Shown: positions 54,391-64,000 of the stretch, one piece after another
Position numbering within the stretch: the stretch's first letter is position 1
How the letters are laid out: each line of letters opens with the position of its first letter
NCBI GenBank assembly: GCA_964016885.1
Contig: OZ024752.1
Coordinates: 372,001-436,000 of the forward strand
Direction: 5' to 3'
Length of the DNA stretch: 64,000 nt
Source: Eledone cirrhosa
Lineage: Eukaryota
The notes under the pieces: model-generated
Told to the model about the DNA's origin: nothing
Databases searched by the model: none
What the model saw: the letters and a program-made list of their open reading frames with translations, nothing else
Made by a program: the position numbers and the translations under genes

Positions 54391-56333
54391 TGGGCGAGTT
54401 GGAATCGGAAAACATGTTTTTAGATAAAAATAACATCCATTCATGTTGACATCTCTTGACACACACACACACACACACGCGCGCGTGTGTGTGCGTGCGT
54501 GCGTGTGTGCGTGTGCGTACGTGCGCGCGTGTATATGAATAAACGTATATGACAATTATTTGTCCTTTCAAAATATACATACATTTCATATTCGGGAGCA
54601 AGTTGTAATGAAGCTATTTGAAAATATTCAGCCGGTCAAAATTTTAGTCACCGCAAAATCTGAAGAAAGTAGGTTTAAATGTGATCTATATTCCATTGAA
54701 TCTTTGGAGATTTCAATATTAGATAAACCCCTATTAAACCGTAGTCAAGAAAGAATATGTTGTCCAGATAAACTTCTCCGTACTTCTTAAAACTTGGCAT
54801 GTTATCGAATATAGATAAAATTTGAAAATTGAATTAGAATATTTTGCCGTAACTTTATTTGATTTAAAATAGTCTAATAATAATTGTTTCTACTTTTGGC
54901 ACAAGGCCAGCAATAACCCAGTGCATTACTGGTACTTTATTTTATCGACGTCGTCAGAATGAAAGGCAAAGTTAACCTCGGTGGGATTTGAACTCAGAAT
55001 GGCAAGGGCCGTAACTCTATGCGTCAAAGCATGGCGTCCGGCCCTCTACCGATACTGAGTCTAATAATAATGGGGCGTATAAACCCACTGGAAAAACATA
55101 GGCATCATCACACAGATAGAATTACATTTCTTGGGTTAATTTTACATACCTATTAATTATTTTATTTCTAGTAAACCAATATTGACTAACACATTGTAAA
55201 GATATACTTAGTTATTATAATATTAAATTATAACATTAGATTTTTTTCATTTTGGTTAACATGACAGTGGGTCCTGTCTGAAGTAACAGTCTCCAATTGA
55301 TCAGACTGGATCCCCAAACAAGACCAGCCGAGCTTTTGGATGTTATCCATCCACCTTGTTCGGGGCCGAACCATGGGTCTCCTGCCGGTTGGTTTTGTCC
55401 CTAAAATTTGACCAGCGATTCTTTCATGAGACATTCTAATCACATGTCCGTAGTATCGGAGCTATCATCTCTCAATTCGGAGAAGAGCCCATGGTCGAGG
55501 TAATTAAGTTTGGAGGCAACGAACGCCTTTCTTTGAACTCTATCGTTTCTCTTAACGGTATGTTTACTATGGATGTTAGTATTGTTGTTATAACGTTGTG
55601 ACGTTATAACCACATTCTTGCTATAATGAAAGCCATTTTAAAATATATATATATAAATAGATATGATGGATATGGGAGTGAGTTTATTTACTGAAGCAAT
55701 GATAAGAAATAAAATGATGTAATTTCAACTTTGCTATTTTTGTTTCATTATGTACGCAAACGCCACGCATGCACACACACATACATATATGTGTGTATGA
55801 TATGAATGTATGTATATATGTATATATGTATATATGTATGTATTATGCATGAATGTATACATACACACACACGCACGCATATATATACATACATATATCC
55901 CGTTAAGGGGGAAAGCAGCGATTCTTTGCTTAAACTTTAATCTGTTCTTATAATAAATATTTGCTCTACGGGTTTATATATATATATAATCTTTATCGAG
56001 CCCTTTTCAGATTTTAGTCTTCACATTTATTATATATATATATATATATTTATTAAAATAACAGATTAAAGTTTAAGCAAAGAATCGGTGCTTCACGATT
56101 CTTTGCTTAAACTTTAATCTGTTATTTTAATAAATATTTGCTCTACGGTTCTTATATATTTGATATATATTTATCCTTATTGAGCCCTCTTTGGATTTTA
56201 GTCTTCAAATTTATTATTATTACTATATATATATATGTGTATATATGCACATATATACTGTATACACTTATATACATATATACATATATACATATATACA
56301 TATATTCTGTATATACTTATATATATATATACA

Positions 56334-56373
<40 letters not shown>

Positions 56374-56428
56374 GTGAGGTTTTTTTTACAAAATGAAAAA
56401 TAACCGAGGTGTCCTACACGAGTGGAAG

Positions 56429-56728
56429 TATAAAGAAAAAGAGATGAAATCGAAAATGCAACTGAAGTTTTATTTTTTTTAAAAATATATATATTTATTT
56501 GGTTCCTTTACCGGTTTCGCAGTTCTTCTGCTTTTCAAAAGGTGAGTTGAGATGGAGGGTCTGTGGTTTTTCTCACAGATGTGAGAAAAACCACAGACCC
56601 TCCATCTCAACTCACCTTTTGAAAAGCAGAAGAACTGCGAAACCGGTAAAGGAACTAAATAAATATATATATTTTTTTTAAAAATTAGACTTCAGTTGCA
56701 TTTTCGATTTCATCTCTTTTTCTTTATA
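56429..56728. repeat. Near-perfect 300-bp palindrome
   Basis: About 149-nt arms, 2-nt loop at 56578-56579. Confidence 0.95.
56615..56652 (+). ncRNA. Hammerhead motif with U3-A8 variant core; mirror copy at 56505-56542(-)
   Basis: CCTT TTGAAAA GCAG AAGAA CTGC GAAA CCGG TA AAGG. Confidence 0.6.
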
Positions 56729-56779
56729 TATATATATATAATCCTTATCGAACCCTTTTCGGATTTTAGTCTTCACATT

Positions 56780-56845
<66 letters not shown>

Positions 56846-56916
56846 ATATGCACATATATACTGAATACACTTATATACATATATTCTGTATATACTTATA
56901 TATATATATATATACA

Positions 56917-56972
<56 letters not shown>

Positions 56973-56980
56973 TATATATA

Positions 56981-57011
<31 letters not shown>

Positions 57012-57802
57012 CATATATATAATCTCTCACACAGTCACACATTTAGTCATTTAGACTAACTGCTGTCATAAAAATAAAATGAAGTGAAGGGTGCATCTGA
57101 CGAAAACAATGATACGAATTGATGACGAGTGTAGAGGAGTAAACAAAAAATCATTTAATGGTCTGAGGACATGATTCACTGGGAAATATTTAACATATAC
57201 ATTCGAACTTCTTAATGTGTATGTGAATAAAAACATGGCGGACATACAAGGACTGACGAGAAGGAAAACAATTGGAAATGGCAAAAGAAGAAAACATGAT
57301 AATATTATGGAGGTCAATGTCGCGCCATTCTTAGATAATATCGGACAGAAGACCGAAGTAGACAGGTACAGTTAAGTGGTGTTTGAAGTAAAAAAAAAAG
57401 AAGAAAAAACAAAAAAAAGAAGAAAAAAACTACCAATAGAGACGGTCTATAATATTAAGTAGATAATAGAAAAGGTGAAATGGACCCCTCCCCCCGAAAA
57501 AAAACGGAAGAAAGAAAAGAACCCTCTAATCAAATTCAAGCATGCACAATAAGATGAACTGATAAAGTTCCTCAGTTGGTCATAATATATATATAGTTAA
57601 TATGTACACACACACATACACACAAAACACACACACACATATATATGTATATATACATATATATATATACATATATGTATATATATATATATATATACAT
57701 ATATATTTATATACATATATATATATACATATATATATACATATATATATATACATATATATATACATATATATATACATATATATATACATATATATAT
57801 AC

Positions 57803-57835
<33 letters not shown>

Positions 57836-57843
57836 CATATATA

Positions 57844-57880
<37 letters not shown>

Positions 57881-58212
57881 TTAGGTTTGTTGGTTCACCA
57901 CTGGATAGAACTGGTCATTCCGTATGGTCAATCTCGATGTAATATTATGGAGAGCACTCAAAGTAATGCAACTTTCCCGTCTTCGTTTGTGTAGTTGGTG
58001 GTGCGAGTACGGAGTTAATTATTATAAAATAACAGGAGGCTGGACTGGTGTAAATCCTTGAAAGGTTTATTATACTATGATCACTTTAATGACCGGGTTC
58101 AGTATGAATCCGGTGACATCATCAGGTATTCAAAATATAACAAAGGAATATAACAGATAAAATCCATGGGGCTGAAAATCAGAGACAAGAGGACGACCGA
58201 CTATTTAGCAGC

Positions 58213-58297
<85 letters not shown>

Positions 58298-58504
58298 ATA
58301 GAATTAGGATTTACCTTCATGCATAGCTGTATAGAGATATGTATTGAAATTTCATGAAGCTAAATCCTAAGTCTATTTTATTATAAGTTGAGCCAACTTA
58401 TGCAGCTTCATATGCAAATGAGATTAAACACCTCATTTACGCAGATGAGAAAACCATATATTTTCGTCTGTTTTCAAGTCAAGCAGTCGCAAGAGTGGGA
58501 GGGT

Positions 58505-58546
58505 TCGTCCTGATGAGAACCAGTTAAGTTCGAAATGCAACGACGA
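58505..58546 (+). ncRNA. Type I hammerhead motif with one core mismatch (U16.1 to A)
   Basis: TCGTC CTGATGA GAAC CAGTTAA GTTC GAAA TGCA AC GACGA. Confidence 0.6.
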
Positions 58547-58633
58547 TTGTCCCCCATGCTCCGGTGTTTTGAATAGCTACGGCTTTCCAAATGTTTACCT
58601 ATAACCATACCGTATTTCTTTAGAAATACGACA

Positions 58634-58699
<66 letters not shown>

Positions 58700-58707
<8 letters not shown>

Positions 58708-58840
58708 GAGCCAGAAGTCAGGACTGTCCGTCATCAGTGATCTTCCAGCCATCATCGGTATTTCTTCAATGCGAAGAAATACCGATGATGGCTGGAAGAT
58801 CACTGATGACGAACAGTCCTGTCTTCTTGCTCTAATTTTA
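58700..58840. repeat. Hairpin palindrome adjoining (TA)n
   Basis: About 68-nt arms, AATGC loop. Confidence 0.93.
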
Positions 58841-58886
58841 TTCATATGTATCCCATTTGCAACAACGCAGCACGCTATTTTTCACT

Positions 58887-58924
<38 letters not shown>

Positions 58925-59254
58925 GTTTATATATATCTAAATATCTAAATTCGAGTATGTGTTGTTTAATTACCGACACTTCAGAATGCAGGGTAGAGCA
59001 CCCAATGAAGTGCGCAGGTAGGTCTGTTTATTTACTGAAATTTAAGTTCATTTATTCATAGTCGCTATTAAATATATTTCGCCGATAACCATTATACAAC
59101 TGCTATGACCTCAGCAGACAGCTAGAATTTGAACAGAAAATACAGAAAAACATAACGATGGAATAAAGTTTACTTCTGTTATTTAGATTTTTTGATACGG
59201 AAACAACACCAAACTTCAGCACTGAGCATATAAAAAAAATATGTTCAAATTCTA

Positions 59255-59313
59255 GCTGTCTGATGAGGACATAGCTGTTGTATAATGGTTATCACCGAAA
59301 TATATATAACAGC
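59255..59313 (+). ncRNA. Type I hammerhead motif, intact core; mutated inverted partner at about 59063-59122(-)
   Basis: GCTGT CTGATGA GGACATAGC..GGTTATCACC GAAA TATATA TA ACAGC. Confidence 0.7.
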
Positions 59314-59745
59314 GAATATGAATAAGCGAAGTCAATTTTAACTTGTTGACTTACACTCATTGTTTATATATATAGTAATAATAATAAATGTGAAGACTAA
59401 AATCTGAAGAGGGCTCCATAAGGATAATATATAAATAAAAATATATAAAACCATAGAGCAAATATTTATTAAAATAACAGATTAAAGTTTAACCAAAGAA
59501 TCGTTGCTTTCACCCTTAACGGGATCTTCTGAAACTAAAAAAATCAATCTGTGGACGCAGAAGTAAATATTTCGAAAAACGTTGCAACCGAAGAAAAACA
59601 GGAAGACGATACTTTGGTAAATACGTCTTCCTGCTAGGTACGGGTATGTTCTTCATAGAAATATTCAGGTGTTGTTTCTGCATGTTGATTTAAAGCCTAA
59701 AGATTAATAAATAATCAATATATAATATTAATATATCAATAATTA

Positions 59746-59776
<31 letters not shown>

Positions 59777-61309
59777 TGTATGTATGTATGTATGTATGTA
59801 TGTATGTATGTATGTATGTATGTATGGTCGGGTCGTTGGCGACTAAACTGGCAACCCCACCAAGGTTTCTTGGTGGGGAGGGTGACTTTGGACATCCTGC
59901 AGGACTAAAAACAAAACCTGTCAAAGGAGCTCTTAAGAGTCAATGGCCATCCAAAATCACCGGGAGAGATGACCCCTTAGCCTTTGTCAAGGCAGAATTC
60001 TAGGAGAAGGAAAACTCTGATATAACACCTGCAACTCTGATGGTATCCAATGATGTTGATTTGTTCTTCTTTTTGGTAAATATCATCTTGGTTGAGAGAG
60101 TGGCACTGGCTTTGTGCAGTGCCTTTGCTCACTATAAAAGCTTCACGGCACAGGCATTGCTTTATATCTGGAGATCTCTCTGCACTTATCGTCACATGGT
60201 ACCATGGGCCCAGCACTATGTGTCAATAATTGTCACAAGTGTAGTGTTTGTACCAGAGTTTTCAAGTCGCTGACTGGACTAAAATCACACTCGTTCAGCG
60301 CATCGGTAGGGGTTCTCCTACATGGATATAAAGTAGTGGCCGTACTCGAAAACGAGTTGGCAGCCACCATGTATGTATGTATGTATGTATGTATGTATGT
60401 ATGTATGTATATATGTGTGTGTGTCAAAAGTAAATGGAAAAAACACAACAGACGATGAAGTACAATGAAGATTATATTAGTTTCACGTTTAGTATAGTAG
60501 GAAAATTCTTAACGTTTCGGATGCTTGTCCTTCATAAAAAATAGAATGAGAAATTAAAGAAGAAATAGAAAGATAGAGGAGAGTGAGCAAAAAAAAGGGG
60601 GGGGGGGATTCTTCGAGAAAACGCAGATCTCTTTATTTCGCCATTTCTTGGAAAACTGTTGATAGAAGCGTTTATGGTGTAGGAAGTTCAGTTGGTCGTC
60701 TTCTGAAAGTCTGTGATTAAATGCGTCTTATATCGTGCTGAAAAGGAAAACAGCCTTTTGTGTTTAGAGTGGATATGTATGTGTGTAAGTTTGTAAGTGA
60801 GTAAATGTGTAAGTGAGTGTGTGTGTACTTGTTTGTCTGTACGAAACTGTGAGGATATGTCTGCGTATCAGTTCAAGAGAGAAAGAGAGAGAGATGGAGA
60901 GACAGAAAGAGAGAACGAGGAAGATAGATAGATAAATATATGTTTCTTTATTTGTCAGATAGGTAGATAGATAGCTATAGATAGATAGATTGACAGATAG
61001 AATGAGAGTGTGTGTGTGCGTATTTGATGTTGATCCGTACGAGCTTGCTGTTGGTTTGTACAAATCTGTTAGTGTGTTCGTGTAATGAAGCCATAGGAAT
61101 CTCGAAGGGTGACGAGATAGTGCATCAGTGGATAGGTGTATAGAAGCACGCGTATGCGTTCAAGGGTAAATATAGATTAAATATGTATGAATGAATATAT
61201 TACGGTTAGCTACATACAGGAAAGCACCCTTAGCATGAGCCTAGTAAAAGATAAAAGGACTACATCAAAATCAATCCAAAGGAATTGTAGATTGATGTTC
61301 AGAATTAGG

Positions 61310-61640
61310 AAAAACAAACTATGGAGGGGGCTGTGTGGTTAAAGCCTGTTGGGGAAGGCTGTAAAAGAGTTAAAGTAAAACGTGTTAACCATGAAAACCT
61401 TGAGCGGGAGCTTCGGAAGGGCTATCACCATGCTTTTCCAAAGCCTTGGTATATAGAGCAACCCTAAGCCAATCAGAAAATATCGAAAGAAAACACGCAA
61501 TAGTTGGAGCTAATGCTTTCAAGCGACGATTCAATCAACACCAGTACCTCTTAACATTCAGAAATAGAGTGAATTCCATTTTACAGTCATTTCTCGTCTG
61601 AAAGATTTGATGGATATTCTACTATAACTTACAACAATGT
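61310..61640 (+). pseudogene. Degenerate Penelope-type GIY-YIG endonuclease fragment
   Basis: MEGGCVVKA and ANAFKRRFNQHQY resemble the CPxxGxC and FKxRxxxH motifs of PLE endonucleases; broken frames. Confidence 0.35.
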
Positions 61641-61893
61641 CTAAAGAGATTTTCCATACTCTAACAGAGAACAAACAAACAAACAATTTATTGGGGTTTT
61701 TACTTCAACATTCCACCAGTACTCTTTTATATTATGTATATATATGTCTTCCACATTGCTGTAGCTTTTAATGTGTTTATTGCCGGGATATCTTTTCTAC
61801 GGATTGCACTGTACATGTATGTATGTATGTATGTATGTATGTATGTATGTATGTATGTATGTATGTATGTATGTATGTATGTATGTATGTATG

Positions 61894-62495
61894 TCAGGTC
61901 ACCAGTTGGTGCTACTGGTAACATGTATCCCAGTACAACCTGTCTCATGGTCGGGTCGTTGGCGACTAAACTGGCAACCCCACCAAGGTTTCTTGGTGAG
62001 GAGGGTGACTTTGGACATCCTGCAGGACTAAAAACAAAACCTGTCAAAGGAGCTCTTAAGAGTCAATGGCCATCCAAAATCACCGGGAGAGATGACCCCT
62101 TAGCCTTTGTCAAGGCAGAATTCTAGGAGAAGGAAAACTCTGATATAACACCTGCAACCCTGATGGTATCCAATGATGTTGACTTGTTCTTCTTTTTGGT
62201 AAATATCATCTTGGTTAAGAGAGTGGGACTGGCTTTGTGCAGTGCCTTTTCTCACTATAAAAGCTTCACGGCACAGGCATTGCTTTATATCTGGAGATCT
62301 CTCTGCACTTGTCATCACATGGTACCATGGGTCCAGCACTATGTGTCAATAATTGTCACAAGTGTAGTGTTTGTACCAGAGTTTTCAAGTCGCTGGCTGG
62401 ACTAAAAAGTCACGCTTGTTCATCGCATTGGTAGGGGTCCTCCTACATGGATATAAAGTAGTGGCCGTACTCGAAAACGAGTTGGCAGCCACCAT
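61894..62495 (+). mobile_element. RTE-derived non-autonomous element in (TATG)n; second copy at 59823-60370
   Basis: About 550 bp of highly similar direct repeat; 3' part encodes HKCSVCTRVFKSLTGLKSH finger; (TATG)n on both sides. Confidence 0.75.
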
Positions 62496-62787
62496 GTATG
62501 TATGCATGTTCTGGTTTTATAATTTCACAAAGTTTTACCAATAGAGAGAGAGTCGGTTTCTAACATAGACACAAGACTCTCTCATTGGAATTTACACAAC
62601 ATCAACTAGGTAGATATGTATGTATGCATGCATGTGTAGATATGGATGTTATTGTATGTGTGGAAGTGTATATTTTGAGTTGTATGTGTGCATGTGTATA
62701 TGCTTTGTATCTGTACATGTGTATATGCAGTTATTAGATGCACATTTTTTGGAATGTTTTACATATTTTTACTGTTCTATATGTATG

Positions 62788-62822
<35 letters not shown>

Positions 62823-62835
62823 TGGTATGTATGTT

Positions 62836-62985
62836 ACCGGGATGATGAAAAGTTCTTGGCTTAAGGGTATCGCGAAAGGGTCGAACTGTTATCTTTACAG
62901 GGGAGGTAGGACCGCTGCAATAAGTGTGTGAATCTGAGAGGGGAATATGTTGAATAAAATCATCCTCCTGTATTTTCTTTTAACT
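62836..62985 (+). mobile_element. Mariner-derived MITE fragment
   Basis: gatgaaaagttc TIR-like start and KCVNLRGEYVE* C-terminus. Confidence 0.55.
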
Positions 62986-64000
62986 GGGTCTAACCAACAA
63001 AAACTGCGACTCGTATTAGATTGGGATAAAGTATTTAGTGAGATTCAATGATCTCAATAATTCATTAGTGAGTGGCAGAGATATCTGATTCGACGTAAGC
63101 TTTTACAAGCCACAAATATTTTAAATCTAATGTTTAGACGTCATTCAATATGCTTTCTTTTTTCTATTCTTTCTTCTGTTATTCGTTTTACGTAGAACAT
63201 TTGCTTCAAAGTCTAAGTAAATATAACAGTTTTGTAATAAGAGTGTCTACTTCTTATCTCAGTTTTTATTTATATTTTACTGTTCTTTTATCGAAATAAA
63301 AGGATCAAGCTTTCATTAATCTTGACTTATATGAGTTGCATATGATACCAAAACATATTTCAATAGTTAATTCTTTCTGACTGTGAGAATAATAACCCAA
63401 GAGTGATAAAACAAAAATCACTGTCAGTTGAAACAATTGTTTGTTTTGTATTTGGAAGAAACGCAAATTCTTCGACTGGGCTGATCCACTTTAGAAAACT
63501 TCAATCTGGATTGGCTGCGTGTTTTGTTAGACTTCCAACGCTAATGTTAACAAATACATGTTGAACATATTTTATTTTCACTGATTTAAAAAATAAGTAA
63601 ACAGAATCGTCATATATTTTTTTGTCCCATGTTAACGTTGTTGTTGTTGGCAGTAGTGTTGACGGTGGTGGTGGTGGTGGTGGTTAAACCAAGACCCGGC
63701 TCTATTGAGCAAGCATACGAATAAAAGTACACCGTCTTTTCCCGGGTTCATATCTAATGTGTTCATAAGTTTTTAGAGAGAATGATGGCTTGACGGGAAG
63801 ATTTGACAGGTACTTCTAGCAGCATGAGGACCTTAACAAAGGTGGCTTCCTTGGTTTGAAATAGTGTATTGCGCCCCCCCCCCCCCTGTTCGAAATAGTG
63901 TATAGGTTCCCTTGTATGAAATAGTGTATAAGGAAAGGAAAATACAATAGAATATTATTTTCAATTGTCTTCCCCATGTAAATATGAAGATTAAAATGTT

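Noticed and set aside
59398-59470. CTGAAGA-GG-GCTC...GAGC-AAA as a hammerhead
   Set aside because: Copies that span the site lack G12 and a convincing stem I and cleavage triplet

Overview
AT-rich, repeat-dense eukaryotic DNA. The SINE/LINE repertoire and very long (TA)n/(CA)n tracts suggest an octopus or other cephalopod (inference). One gene is well supported: a four-coding-exon MRNIP orthologue on the minus strand (27167 to 14744, about 510 aa), whose introns hold RTE-type LINEs (one near full length), a Helitron and SINEs. A tight cluster of about 12 RFX X-box-like motifs (9690-10032) lies upstream of candidate exons of an unidentified minus-strand gene running off the left edge. From about 33 kb on I find no host gene, only transposon debris. 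The most unusual signal is a dense set of minimal type I hammerhead-ribozyme-like motifs from several families. They sit in Penelope-like, (TA)n-associated elements that repeatedly form long fold-back palindromes. One family has a non-canonical U3-A8 core with a compensatory stem change between copies. All calls come from manual reading; no searches or folding programs were run.
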